A stretch of 64,000 nucleotides of DNA from Yuukianura sp. NJ FZ-2021 (lineage: Eukaryota), in NCBI GenBank assembly GCA_046563655.1, contig CM102286.1:14136001-14200000 (forward strand). Direction: 5' to 3'. A program made the position numbers and the translations under genes. Under the pieces are notes generated by a model that saw only the letters and a list, made by a program, of their open reading frames with translations, did not search any database and had not been told where the DNA came from. This document shows, in pieces, positions 38,801 to 52,404 of the stretch; the first letter of the stretch is position 1, and each line of letters opens with the position of its first letter.

Positions 38801-40130
38801 TTAAAGTCTTGAGGCAGCCCCTCCACCGACGACATGATTTTCTCCAGTGATGTACGATGCGTCATCAGAACACAGAAACGACACTATCCCTGCAACGTCG
38901 TCCGGAATTCCGAATCTACCAAGCGGAATTTGATCCATCAACTCTTTTGCCGTTTTCTCACATGTAGTTAGCTACCAAGGGACCACGAATTAGTCAAAGA
39001 CAAATCACTGCGTAATCTAAACATTTGTTAGGCTAGACCAAGGTTGTTTAAAACGGAATTTTGTCTTTTCTTCATAGGTTATGCCATAACTCTTGTTTTA
39101 AAAAAAAATGTTCGATTTTTTTCTCAAAACATTGACCCCGTCCCATGCTAAGGAGACCGTTGGTGAAAAACTTGTTTTTTTTCGTAATTTTTTGGAAAAA
39201 GGGAGTTATGATATAACCTGTTAGAGCATTCGTATGAATGGGCGCTATAGCAACCTTGGGCTACACAGTTATCTTACCACATCACTGAACCTTGTCTCGA
39301 TGACACCAGGGCAAACAGAATTGACGCGAATGTTATCAGCACCAAGTCCTTGAGCAAGTGCCTTCGTCAGTCCTAGAAGGGCTGTCTTACTCACACCATA
39401 GGCTCCTAGACCCTTAAACAAGAGAATACACGATTACTTTGCTTCTTGATTTATTGTGGACAGTGTTTTAACTGACCTGGAGAAATTTTATGCCAACAAT
39501 GGATGAAATGAATGTAATGCTACCACCCTTCCGATTGAGTAAAAGTGGATACACTTCTTGGGAGAGGAGAAAGGCAGCTTTGACGTTCGTCTCAAATATT
39601 TTGTCCCAAGCGGCTTCAGGGCACTACACAAACAAGAATTTGGTACAAAGATGGTCAGTTTGTTCTGATCCACATGAGTTACCTCTATTGCAGGTCCTAC
39701 GTGTGGATTGACAGCAGCATTGGAAACTAGGATGTCAATCCCTCCAAAAGTCTCAACAGTTTTTTGGATCATTTTGGTTCTTTCTTCCTTATTTGCCACA
39801 TGACACTGCATACCTCGAAACTGATCCTTCGGAATTCCAGCCTTAAACAGTGTTTCAAGGGCTTTTTCGACGTTTGCCGGTTTCCGACTGCTGATCATAA
39901 CTTTAGCACCATCTCGAAGCAGTCTCCGTGCTATTGCAAATCCGATTCTGCAAATTTAAAACGTAGAACCGCTAGAAGAGAAAGATTGATTAAATAATGA
40001 ATTTAGTATGAATCTGTACTTACCCATCAGTGGAACCTGTGACAATTGCAACTTTTCCATTTAACTTGGAAGCAGCAGTTGATCCCAGTCTTCTTGCGAG
40101 GAGCAGTAAAGGGCTCTTTCCGGTTAACAT
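38801..40130 (-). CDS. DHRS4: Dehydrogenase/reductase SDR family member 4
   Basis: VAIVTGSTDGIGFAIA, ISSRKPANV, DILVSNAAVNP, YGVSK (YxxxK), YITGE, C-terminal PTS1 SRL. Confidence 0.93.
39039..39258. mobile_element. P-like MITE in a DHRS4 intron
   Basis: caaggttg...caaccttg, flanks ggctagac / ggctacac. Confidence 0.9.
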
Positions 40131-40408
40131 GGTGCACTGAATTGTTCAATAGAAACTGAACTTACGAATCGTAAGTTCACTTTCTCGTAATCGTAAGTTA
40201 CAATGCTCAAGGACGCATGATCAATCATCACCAATTTCAAACTTTTATTACCTTATTGTCACAAAATTATCTCCAATTCTCCACTTAACTAGCCGACAGC
40301 CGACAAATAAAGTTTCACCTTCAAATACCGAAATTCCTGAACATTCATCATTGTTTTAAAGTTTAAAACAATGATAACAATGATGAACAATGGTAACAAT
40401 GATGGTGC

Positions 40409-40580
40409 GTCATCGCGTTTTCCGTCATGGCATAGGGAACTCAATTGGTCATCGCGTTTTCCGTCATGTCCAGAATAAAGGCCGGTCCGTCATCACGTTT
40501 TCCGTCATGTCCATAAGAAAGGCCGGTCCGTCATCGCGTTTTCCGTCATGGCATAGGGAACACCATTGAAAAATGGTGCT
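40409..40580. repeat. ~40-bp tandem repeat with core gtcatc(g/a)cgttttccgtcatg, 4 copies; related copies at ~44870-44960
   Basis: Direct inspection. Confidence 0.85.
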
Positions 40581-41619
40581 TCGTCATTCTTGGTATGATG
40601 CAAACGAACACCCTGAAATACTTCCATTTCAACACTCTACGACCAAATTCATTTGCAAATGGAATGGTCGCATACAACGAAAAAGTTTTAGCCAATGTAA
40701 ATCTTTTTCAGTGGCAAAATGAAACCTACAACTACCACTAAATTTATTTGAAATTAAGATCTTTTAATAAAAGCTTTCTCAATCAAAATTTCTCGACAAC
40801 AGGAACGTATGTTGACAAGGCTAAAAGTAGTACTCACTTTTTGGAATTTTATTTCTCGAATGTTCTAGAAGGGAGTCTGTAAAAAATAGAGTTTTTGAAT
40901 TTTGAATCAAATGTTATGTGGTAAACTTTAACAATGTTGTCGTCTCAATATGTTCAATTTTTAAAAATGGCTCATTATCTACTCCAAGCTCTCAAATCTC
41001 CATTCTACTAAGGCCTGACATGTTTTCATTTACCTCAAAACATATCCTTTTCGGTTGAAAACATTGATTTTTAAATTGTCAGTCTGGCCACTTAAATGGT
41101 CAATTTTAGCGGGTTAGATAAGCTACGCTCTGCACAATCGTCGTTTCACTTACTTATTTCAATTTAAACTGTTTACAATTTATAATGTTTCAATTTATAC
41201 TGTTAGTACTGTATAAACACTGTTAATGCGCTGTTAACTTTCTAATTGGCCTGCCATAAAAAGCTGAACACGCTATTACATTGTTTTAAACGGATACACA
41301 CTCACTACTCAAACACGCTTTTCCCCAATTATTGTTTCCTCGGTTTGCTAATTAGCAAATAAAAATATCAAATTTTGTTTGATAACAAAACATGAGAGTG
41401 GCATTACCGAAAGAAAAATATAGAATCACCGAAGTATTATTAATTTTTTATTAAAAGTAGAGAGCACGCCCTGAAAAAAAAAAACTAAAATCTAACCTTG
41501 AAACTGTGGTTGCTTCACTAATTGGTAAATATGTCGCTTTCGCTACGTTGAAATAGCCAATTATGTTCTAATGGCCTTCTAATTTGCCTACGATTTATTA
41601 AGTAGCGAAAGTATGAGCT

Positions 41620-42430
41620 ACTTTATGTTTTCCCTTGAGTCTGTCTGTCCGTCTGTCCGTCCGTTGCTGGTCAAGCTAGCTCTGGAGCCGCTGGACCGAT
41701 TTTCAATCTGTCTTTACAGATGAACATGCCATGGTTTGGGGGTGAACAATCAGTGTCCTGTTTGACAGGAAGTAGACCCCTTAAGGGTCAAAGGTCAAGT
41801 ACATTTTTGACAGAAATCGGAAAAATGACCTCAACAAAAGTTTATCTCATTGGACTGAACAACTTTTGTACAGGTGACCTTGACCTTTGACCTTGGGTTC
41901 TGGAGATATAGACCTTAGAAGTTGCATAATGGCGTCGCTCATGCTATTCGCATCTATAACTCCAGAACCACTGGACCGATTTTCAATCTGTCTTCACATT
42001 TGCGTTTCACATGTTCCAGGGGTGTTTAATCAGTGTCCAGCTTGACTGGAAGTTGTCCAGGTCCGGGTCAATGGTCAATGTCAAGTACTTGAATGCCGGA
42101 AAACGAAAAAGTGACCTCTACAAAAGTTGTTTATCTCATTGGACTGAACAACATTTGTGAAGGTGACCTTGACCTTTGATCTACGGTTCCAGAGATACAG
42201 ACGACAGAAGTTGCAAAATGGCGTCCCTCGTCCTACTCGGGGAAGCATGACCTATTTTATGTTTTCCCCCGAGTCTGTCTGTCTGTCCGTCTGCCTGTCT
42301 GCGCTATAACTATGTACCTCCGAAACCCCTGGACCGATTTGCAATCTGTCTTCGTAAATCAGTTTATCATAGCCTGGGGGTGATTAATACGGCTCCGGCT
42401 TGACTGGAAGTGCGCAATTTCCGGGTTGTG
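41620..42430. mobile_element. Helentron/DINE-1-like non-autonomous element with internal tandem duplication
   Basis: ctgtc(c/t)gt microsatellites at ~41640 and ~42275, three ctggaccgatt..caatctgtc blocks, gaccttgacctttga motifs. Family assignment is inference. Confidence 0.6.
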
Positions 42431-42866
42431 TGTACTCTAGCTTCCTCTCGATACTTACATACGGCGTTTACAACGGTTTATTTTCAAAGCATCTTTGCTT
42501 CGGTTGAAAATATTATTAATGTTTGAATTTGGCACATTTGCTACTTCAATTGTCAATTAGAGAGATAGATAACCTCCGCTCTGCAAAATATTTCTTGTTT
42601 CAATGTTTTTAGGTAAACATTGAATAGGTTTGTTGTCTGAATCTAACCAATTTTCAGACATCACGTATTCCTTATTGTCGATAATAAAGGCTCCGTATAT
42701 GCTTTAGTTCACGTTCAAAACATATCCGTTTCGGGTCAAATTTGGCGCATTTGTAACTTAAATTGCCAATTGGAGAGCTAGAAAAGCTCCGTTCTACACA
42801 ATCGTTGTTTCAATTTCAACCAAAACTCACAAGTGAATGTGCCTTTAAAAAATTAAAATTTTTACA

Positions 42867-44480
42867 ATGAATATTTGGTTTCTAATATCCTGGGTCAACT
42901 TGCATACAAAACTTTGGCTTTCTCCTTTTGTCTTCAAGTCAAAATTTCCTCCAGTCTTAACGACAGTATGTTATACTGGAAAATTGGGTACTGCAAGGTA
43001 TTACGTGGAGATTTTTTTGAAGATATTTGCATGGCCCTGGTTGGTATTTCTGGGAATTCGTTACATGCAATATATCGGAGGGTCATTGACTTTGGGAACG
43101 ACGGACATCGCGGCAATCACTGCCAGCATCATGAACATGCTGATTTACTTCTTGATAAAACTTGCGTTTTTCAAGAAGGAGGAAGATTGGACCTACTTTG
43201 TAAACTTGTTCCTGCGATTCCAATACCAAAATGAAAGTACGTGTATTTTAATCTCTTATTCAATTATTAAATAACATTTTTTTTTCATTTGTCTATCGTA
43301 CATGCCTGTTTATCAAGGTAGCTGTAGCAACGGAATAGTTTTCCCTTAACAGGTTCGGCAATAAGTCCTGTTTTCGAAAAATCTTTTCGAAAACAGGAGT
43401 CAAACAATTTTTTCTCCATTTCCTGTTTTTTTCTACATTTTACTCCTTTTCTATTTTGAATTTGCCAATTCAAAAGCCAACTCCCGAATTTTTTAATTCC
43501 GTTTGCCATAACAACCGCGATTGAAACTAGGTAAATTCAGTATTGAAAATTTTTCGCAAAAAAAAGAACAAAAACTTGAGTTATTGCCTAACATGTTAAG
43601 AAAAAGTATTTCTTTGTTTATCCACCTTCCTTGCCCGTTGATGTTTATTTGCTATAAGGTTCACAACAGCACAATTTTCGACGAATGTGGAACTTCTGTA
43701 ACAATCTTTTCTGCTGCGTATACTGGCTGGACTACGCAACTGGAGTTTATTCACTCTTGGCTGCATTCGAAAATCCAATTCAGTTGAGCATTCTCGTATT
43801 TGGACAACATTTTCGGGGAATTGGAATCGCTGAACAACTGATCAATTTTGGTGTCAAATCGCTGAACCAGTGCCTTCTCGCACAAATAAAATTTATTTCA
43901 GGAACTTATCATCTTGCCACTGCAAAGGCATTCAGACTGAAGTTGCAAAAGTACCACAAAATACCTTAAAATGGAAATATTTTATGGTACGGTAGTGCGT
44001 AAATTTTAATTTTTGAATTGCAGTAACCAATCATATGCGGAATTTGAGCGGGAATACCAACAGAGGGCCATTCTGAACAGAATTTACAACAACTTTTACC
44101 AAACAGTGGTGATCCCGGCATGTATTGGATTCCACCTTGTTGTCTTGATCAGAAGCATCTACGTTGCAGTTAGATTTCTCAACAAAGCTACAACTACTGT
44201 TACGATTGTACGATGTATTGACGTAATCTTGCAGGCTATAATTGGTGTAGCACTTTGTGCAATTCCTGCTCAAGTGTACCGTGACAGCTCCAATTTACTG
44301 GAATTTTGGAAAAGAAAAACGGATGGCATAGGAAACGTGATGCAGCGCCGCAGGATGTTGCGTAGTTTGGCGCCATTTGGAGCACAGTGTGCTAACTTCT
44401 TTGTAATTCGACCAGAAACGACAGTGGCATATGTTAGCCTGGCATTTGAAAACGCTATTAACGTTCTTGTTTGTGTGTAA
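42867..44480 (+). CDS. Divergent chemoreceptor (gustatory-receptor-like) multi-pass membrane protein, ~372 aa
   Basis: Exons 42867-43236, 43659-43950, 44024-44480 join in frame. Multiple TM segments and a GR-like C-terminus RRMLRSLAPF...FFVIRPET. Confidence 0.7.
43314..43640. mobile_element. P-like MITE in an intron of the GR-like gene
   Basis: Flanks ctgtttat / atgtttat. Homologous to the 16931 element. Confidence 0.85.
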
Positions 44481-44543
44481 TAGAACACTTTTGCACTTTT
44501 AGTTTATGTTTTGCAAAGTGGTACGAATTTACAGCATCATGTC

Positions 44544-44809
44544 CAAGGTTTATTGACTTTGACTTTCTTTAAGAGGTTGGGTAATACCTCATGTTTTTTT
44601 TTGATTTTGCAAAAAAAAAGTGTCTTTTGCTTTCAGGGAGTCGTAGTCATAACAATACAGCCGAATTTTTTAAATTTTGCATACAATTGGTTTCATTTTC
44701 TGGATTGGTAGTAATATTGGTACCATTTGTTTTTTCGTTTTTGTGTCAACAAGCGAGGTAGTACCCAACCTGTTAAAGAGAATTAACTTTTCGTTGTCAA
44801 GGAACCTTG
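44544..44809. mobile_element. P-like MITE
   Basis: caaggttt...gaaccttg, flanks atcatgtc / atcctgtt. Same subfamily as 14267 and 18240. Confidence 0.88.
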
Positions 44810-45079
44810 ATCCTGTTATTCCACGTTTATTAAGAAACTTTTGCTACTTTATAATTTTGATTTATAAAAGTCATCACGTTTTCCGTCATATCCCCATAAG
44901 AAACGCCGGTCCGTCATCGTGTTTTCCGTCATAACATAGGGAATACCATTGAAAAATGGTGAAAAACATCCGCACAATTATCCCGGAAACTACTGAACCG
45001 ATTTCGCCCCGGTTTTTACCAATCAACAGCTCATGAGCGTGACAGCTTGGTTCTGAGTGTAAGGGTACATGCTGGAGCC

Positions 45080-45377
45080 CAAGGTCCGTAAACATGAAAA
45101 TAGTTTTTTCTTTAACAGGTTAGGCAATAAGTCAGGTTTTTATTGTTTTCCTTCCAAAATTGAAAACATGAAACGGCATCACGGCAGCTCTCGTTTCCTT
45201 GGCGACTTTAGCTCGGATTTATTTTTATTTGTGCAGTTGGATGCAAATTTTTAACTCAAATAAAGTGATCTACAAGGTCAGAGTAAAATCAGAGTAAAAA
45301 AAATGTTTGCAGTGACATTTTTGAAACTTATTGGCTAACCTCTTAAAGATAACTATTTCTTTGCTATTGAAACCTTG
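45080..45377. mobile_element. P-like MITE nested in a dispersed repeat
   Basis: Flanks ctggagcc / ttggagcc. Empty sites near 38086 and 38522. Confidence 0.9.
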
Positions 45378-45651
45378 TTGGAGCCTGAGCGTCAGCTTCA
45401 GCCTTGAATTAAAAAATCAAAATTTTCGCTGTAAAAAAAACCGCCAATCGTTTTGAAATTAACAACACGTTCAATTGTTTATTAACTAGCCTTCCCGACA
45501 TTCTCCAAGTCCTTGAATTTATGTTTGTGCAATTCCACTTCTATTGTTCAACGGAGGTTACTTAACGCACTTGAATTTGTAATTCAGCGTCAGACTAACT
45601 CATTTCTTCGAAAGCAAAAAGACCTGCAGCCAGAATCGAACCGATTGAGCC

Positions 45652-46790
45652 ATGCAGTTTGCAGTTACGCTTGGCCTGTTGGTCGTCGTATTGCCATGGA
45701 GTGACGCAATGAAGGATTGCAAAAAACCCAACCCGGTTCCTTTCGTAGACGATTATGTAAGAAATTTAAATGTTGTCTTCTTTTCCACATCATTTCATTA
45801 TCAGTACTCTTAAACGCTTAAATTCGTTTTAAGTTCTAAATTCCCATTCACACTAAACCTAAACAAAAGTGTAACTTGATATGGCAATTGTCAATGTCAT
45901 ATAAACTAACTGATTGATTGGTTAAAAGCGTAAAAAGAAAATTAACAAAAATTCAGATTTCTAATATTTCTAATGTTTTTGTAGTTTTGTGGTGGGCAAA
46001 AGACATTGACCTTTGCGTTACACTCTGACTGCACCAACTGTGAAGAAGGTGATGTAAAATGGAGACCATTTCAAGGTCGATCAGTTCCAACGACGGTGTG
46101 CTACAAGATGCATGGTGAAATGTACGGGAAGCCATTTTCTGCTAACTTCGAATGTAATTACTCCGTGTCCGGACGAGGAGGCTGTGTACTCCTTCCAGGA
46201 AACTCAGCCCAGACACCATGTAAGAGATCAGTATTTCCAAGGTTCCTTGACAACAAGTTGCATTTCCTACAACAGGTTGTCCATTACCTCGTGGGTTTCA
46301 AAAATCTTGCTTCAACCAATTTTCTTTCAATTCCAATTGCTTTTACCTGCAAATAATTATCGCAGAAAAAAAAAGTTGCTCAAATTTTTTAACAAAATGA
46401 AAAATATAAAGGTATTGGACAACCTGGTGTAGAATAGACAACTTTTGTTTACGAACCTTGAGTATTTCTGTGATTATTATTATATGGTAAGTGGTTTTAG
46501 GTAAACGTCACGAAAATCTTAAAACAAACATTTTGTGCATATTTGCAGTTGCTGGTGACCATGTTGTGACGAAGACGGATAATAAGACGTACCTGGCTGG
46601 AGTCACTTGCGTTTTTGGGTATGACGAATTTTTCTGGGTTGTAACGAACGAGGACAGGTCAGCTGACGAGAAGTTCAAGAAGAAAATGTTGAAACACTTC
46701 AAAAGCATTGGATTCGAAACTACGAAATTGGTCGACAAAGATGGACCACTCGTTTTTAAAACCATGGACTACCAGAAAGACAAGTGCTAA
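45652..46790 (+). CDS. Secreted lipocalin-like protein (3 exons)
   Basis: Signal peptide MQFAVTLGLLVVVLPWSDA. Exons 45652-45756, 45985-46219, 46549-46790 join in frame. TDNKTY...TC (SCR2-like), FWVV and a terminal Cys. Confidence 0.7.
46238..46460. mobile_element. P-like MITE in the lipocalin intron; partial related end at ~47020-47075
   Basis: caaggttc...gaaccttg with perfect TSD agtatttc. Confidence 0.92.
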
Positions 46791-47440
46791 ATTCAACAGG
46801 CTCATCCGGATCATTCGATCTCCAACGGAAACAACTTAAACCTTCAAGTAGACTGTAGTTTCAAAAAAATTAAAATAAAAAAAAAATGCAATTCCATTAA
46901 GCAGTGCTCAAGGGTGAAGCACATGTCTACTAGTTTAACCGCAAGTTTTGTCCAACCACCGAACATTTTTTTATACCCGCCTGACCAGTTCAATTGTTTG
47001 AAGCAAAATTTTTGGAAACTCCGAGGTAGTGGACAACCTTTTGTAGGAAATACAATTTTTTGTCAAGGAACCTTGGATTATGCCGTCATTTAAAATAATT
47101 TTACTTCAGTAGATACTCGAGTCCATGATCACTCACTGGCTGATTTTCAATTCAGCACACCTACTGCAGATTGCACTAATTGCTGAAACTATAATGATTT
47201 TTCAAGTTTCGTTAAAAAATGCACTTCACTAACATCACCTCTTTCAAAAAATAGTATTTAGCCGGAAAATGTTAGTTTTCAAACTTACTATTCATCGTAC
47301 GTCAGCAGCAGCTTTTGAACTGAACGTTGTTCTTCAAATAGGGCTCTTTGAGAAATCCAAAGTTAATTTATTAATTTTTAGTAAAGGCGAATTAGTAGGA
47401 TGACTTGAAAAGATGGATAAATTTTGAAAAAAAAAAGTTT

Positions 47441-48712
47441 TTAAAAGGATTTCTTTCCGAAGATGGCATTTCCTGGTGCATTTTTATCGTCAGAGTAGAA
47501 GAATTCTTTCCACAGAGTAGTGTAGTAGGCTAGGTTTACTACTTGACCGCCATTCTACACAAAAATTTTTTTGTAGAAAACATAAAATTTTGAGTTTGAA
47601 TTTTGAAAATTTTAAATTTCGAACACCCACCTTGGATACGACATTGAATGCTTCTTTGCTCTCAGCCTCATTCACACCAAAAGCAGAACAAACGGCAATA
47701 AATTCGTCGAGATCAACACTTCCGTCACCTATGAATGAAAAACAAAGTTAGTTAATTAACTTTAATTGAGTTAATAACTTAATTAACACCTCTGGACATA
47801 CACAAGTGAAGTCCTTGATTAGTAATTGCATTACCTGACGTATCCTGGAGATTGAACATGAATTTCATGTACAGGGTTTGCCATTCGTCGCTGCTGGAAT
47901 TTGCCCAAAGGCCCAACCATTCCTCACGGCTCACCTTTTTTTTGCACAAAAAAAAGTACAGTTTAAATTTTTCTGCGAAAAAAAAGTTTTTGCAATGTTT
48001 TCCTTAAAATTGACAAGTTTTTGCACCCCCCGTGGTTTTACACAATTCGTGAAAAATTTGTGCCAATAAATTGTCTATTGTTCTTCTTTATCCTTGATTT
48101 TTTTTTGCAAAAAAAAAACGTCGCAAATTGTGGTTATTGAAGTTATTGAGTGCGACAAGGAACAAGAAATTTCAAAATTTCATACTTCCTGTTGACCAAA
48201 TTTTTGTGTGTGCAAATTTTTACCTGTCCATCTCCATCTTTGTCGGCGCGCAACAAAGCGTCCCACACTGCCAGAAAGCTCTTCTTCGTCTCGTCGTATT
48301 TAGCTGTACCAGCAGCCCATCCTCTAATTTTGCAAACTCGCTAAAAATTTAAAAAAAAAATTAAAATGAAAATTTGAGTCACTTTTTCCAAAAATTAGGA
48401 ATAAATTAACCAGAGAATTTACGAAATTAGACTAATAACGGTGGGAGGAAAATTTTGAGTTAAAAACTTACTTCTACAGCGAGCTCAAAATCTGCCTTTT
48501 CAATCTCACCACTTTTGTCGGCATCTTAAATCAAAAAATGAACGTGATTGTGTGGTACTTTCTGTTTTTTAAAAATTAGCGCCTTGTCTAAACATGCGTT
48601 TCGTCAAACAAGTGAAAAAAAAAGAACGAAAACGTTTGATTCAAAGTTGCTTACCAAAGAATTGATCAAAAACAAAGTACAGTTTTTGTTTACGGAAATC
48701 CGAAATCGACAT
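47441..48712 (-). CDS. Sarcoplasmic calcium-binding protein / calexcitin-like EF-hand protein (6 exons)
   Basis: MSISDFRKQKLYFVF, EF-hands DADKSGEIEKADF, DKDGDG and DTSGDGSVDLDEF, C-terminus LWKEFFYSDDKNAPGNAIFG. Confidence 0.92.
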
Positions 48713-49533
48713 CTGAAAAACAAAAAAACACAAATTAGCTTTTATAAACTTTTGCTAAACACAATTTCAAAAATTCCAAAAATCAGAAACCTAGAAAACT
48801 TATTAAAAACTTGGAAAAGTGTATAAACATTTTTCAGAGTAATACCAATTACAACACAAATCCAAGAAATTCTAAAATTTAAACCAAATCTAAAGCTGAA
48901 GTTATTGTAAAACTTTGAAAAAAAATTGTGCTTTATCATAGTGCTTTAAAATCAAAAAATTTGGAAACTGAGAAAGGTCATGTAAAATTCTGTAACAGCG
49001 TGTTCAAAAATTAAAAAAAAAATCTTTTTTGTTTGCAGACAAACCTTGGTAGAGTTTTAGGATGAAAGTTGAAAAATCTCAAATTTTCAGCACCGCTGAG
49101 ACTCTGGAGTCTTTTCCTTTTGGAGTTTGCAGTTGAACTGACGCTGAATTTTGAAGTTGGTGGCTCAATTTACGTCTGACTAGCTCCCTCGTTTTTCGGT
49201 GTTGTTTTCAAGTGTTAACGTTGGATTTGTAGGATTTGGTTGAAAAAACAGGAGAGATAAGACTGTGAGTCCATTGTTCTAGTGCCTAATCGCTGCTCCC
49301 TCCAGCCACTCATATGCTTTCCTCAACTGATGCATTCTTTATGACCTCCTCCACAACTTCAAGGCATGGCGCTTCCAGTGCTCCACTTCCAGGACCCACC
49401 AGAGCCACCTCATAAACAGCCCCACTTTACTACACAGGCCGAATCGATGCACTTTTGGACTTACCTGACTCTGCTCCTTTGTAACTAACCAGTTACCCTA
49501 CACTTTTGGACGGACTCTCATCTGACCGACCAC

Positions 49534-49897
49534 TCGGGGTTTCAAATCCGTAAGATTTTCAAAAAATCTGGATTTCGGAATTATCCGGAATTCTGGAATC
49601 TAAATCCGGTTTTTGATTCTGGTTTTTGCGTTTTAAACACCAGTGCTTAATTATTGATTACGGATGGTCATTTTTTGCAAGGAATTAAAAAAAATTAAAT
49701 TAGATTAAAATTTAAATTTGTCACAAAAAAATGCTGTTTAAGTTTTTTGTTTTCCTGACAATCCAATTTTTCTCTTACCTCGAATGCCCTCAAATGCAAA
49801 GGAAAATCCGGATCGAAAATATTGAAATCCGGATAATCCGAATCCGACAAAAATCCGAGGATAAATCCGGTTCAAAAAATCCGGATTTAGACACCTA
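49534..49897. mobile_element. hAT-like MITE rich in aatccg repeats
   Basis: Imperfect TIR ggggtttcaaatccg / cggatttagacacc, flanks ccgaccac / ccaaccat. Confidence 0.6.
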
Positions 49898-50812
49898 CCA
49901 ACCATGTCGGTTCAATTTATCCTTCAACATAATTTTCTGGCCATGTTATGTCGGTTTATCGGTATATGACCTTTCTAGTTATAAAAATTTGGTTTGTGGT
50001 GCAATGGTTTACAAATGGTAGGTAAAGTTTTGTCCGTTCAAGAGTGTCCTGGAAGTATAACTTGGTAGGTACAAATCTAACATACGAAGTAAAAGTTTAA
50101 GGTTTTCTGAGCTCCTAACCTAAGTGAAGCCAAAGTGGAAAAATCAATCTCCAGATCTCGTGACCTGATTAATAATTGATGACCTCCGGAAACCTAAACT
50201 TCGCCTCCCAACTCACTCCTCGACCCTCACGCACCTACCTGTTGAACTCAAAGCTCTTCTTCACTTGTAGGCGTTTAGGCTTACTTTGTATCAGAAAAGT
50301 GCAAAAACTCAATTTTCTTTCCAAATTTCAACTTTTCTGGAAAATTTTTAACGTAAAAAGCACATTGTGGACTTAAACATTTAAACCAGGCATGTTTAAA
50401 TGGTTAGGCTAACCTAACCAAGTTTGTTTAACGCTTGTACTTGATCAAATTTTTTATCAAGATTTTCTTTTTCAAAAATTCAATTTTTCAAGTTTTTTAT
50501 GGTAGGACTGATATGTTAATGTAATGTTGAATTGGAGTTGCAATTGTTATGTTTTATTTTGTTTTTGTTTTCAAAAAATTTTCTTTAGAAAATTGTGAAC
50601 AGTGAGTCATCAAATTCTTGTTGAATTTCGCTGGTTTTATTGAGTGGTCGTCCAACGTTTTCGAAAAACTCGCCTTCCCTGTTTGAATAAACACAAACAC
50701 AACATGAAAAAAGTAAAAAAAAATGACTCAAAATGATGAAATTTTGAACAAAAACGTAGCATGACAAAGAGTCATTTCATAAAAACCGTGAAAGTGTCAT
50801 ATCCGATGGATC

Positions 50813-52404
50813 TTACAAATTTCCTGGTGGAAAGTAATTGACAACAACAACGGAGTAATTGGTAGTTGGATTCATAGCTACTCCAACACCTTGACGCTCC
50901 GAACTTTTCCAGACGAGTTGCGTAAAATGTGCTAAATTTTGAAAAAAAAAATCAAAAAATTAGAAGGAAATGACAGAGGTCATGCCACTTTTGAATGTAA
51001 TCTGAACATGACAATTGACGTCAATGCTACTGCTGCAGTCGTGTGATAAGGTACTTCAGTAGTGTACAAAAACATACAAGTTTTTGTAAGTTTTTACAAA
51101 AAACTAATTTTTTTTTCGAAATTTTGTTTTATGATTAGCAATCATTGATTATTACCTGTGTGGGAGTCGAACAATGGGAGATTGTAATCGTAGTCCTTGA
51201 CTTCGTTGTACCAAGCCTTAATTGCTTGTTGAACTAAAAGTGATTTAGATTGTGGAAAATGACCTTTGACATAGTACAGATTTTCACCAAGGTCTCTGCG
51301 CATGCTATGTACAAAACTGTTTGTACTTGACAACTCGTCAGCATATGCTTGAGCAATTTTATCAATCTGAAAAAAAAATTAGTTACAAAATTTAGCTAAC
51401 AGAGTGTACCAAAAAAGTATGAAATTTTAAAACTTGAAGCAACTAAATTTTGAAACATGAAATGAGTCAAAACGTGACTTCATTTTTTGAATCGATTTTT
51501 TTCGTGACATAAATTTTTGAAATTTTACCGCCTCGTCTTGAATGAGCGGCAAAGCTTTGTGAATGGCTCGATAGTCATTGGTCTCATGCAAGGCCACTGT
51601 CCGGAAGTTTTCTTGCGTCGGCGCAGTAGGAACTACGCAGATTTTGAGTGTTGGTGACCACTCTGTTCCGTTTTGGCAAGAAATTGGCAATTGTTCCGTT
51701 TTGGCAATTGACTCCATTTGAGCATCACTGACTGAGGCAAGGTCATTGACCTGTGAAATGCACTCGGGTCGGAAACTTCCGTAACGGAAACCAACGTATG
51801 CTGAAACGCCACAAGCTTCTCCCAGTTTTGCACAGAGGCCGTTTACAATCACAAAATTTTCATAATTTGATGTTGTGTCATGCGCACATGGGTTTTGTTC
51901 ACACTCCAAGTTTCCAAATTCGTTGAGCCTTAACCAGAATCCGGATGGGCAGTAAGCCTAGAGGAAGAATATAAATTTTCAAGGTCACGGAGGTCACTAA
52001 AGTTCAATGACCTCTGACCTTACTAAACAGGACATGACACTTCTTTGTAGTGGAGTTGTAGACGCATGGCAAATCTCTATCACAGAAACAGTCTCCGAAA
52101 TTTGGCGAAGGCCACCGAAGTGAATAGAATTTCATGTTTTCAGAACACGGTCCAGCGCTGTCCAAAGCGTAACAGTGATTTGTCGCACGGTGAAACGCTG
52201 CGTTTGAGCCTTGTTCCAGGTCACATGGATCGTGCGGTGACCTCAATTAACAAAAACAACACAAACAAGTGAAAATTTTTTTTTTAAAGAAAAAACGTAG
52301 AAAAAAGTTGTTTGTTACCCGGTAAAATCTCTGGAGTTGCCGGGACTGTCCAAGGTCAAGGTCAGCGTCACAACAAGTGCCAAAAAGGAAACGTTTGGCG
52401 ACAT
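50813..52404 (-). CDS. Secreted Cys-rich (DUF4789-like) plus CAP/SCP/PR-1 domain protein
   Basis: Signal peptide, Cys-rich repeats (CY...GPC, YCP.G.WL...C..NPC), CAP motifs NDYRAIH, GENLY, WYNE, HFTQLVWK, VVNYFPPGN. Confidence 0.88.

Noticed and set aside
40409..40580. CRISPR-like repeat/spacer pattern
   Set aside because: Spacers are themselves repeated, there are no cas genes, and the context is eukaryotic.
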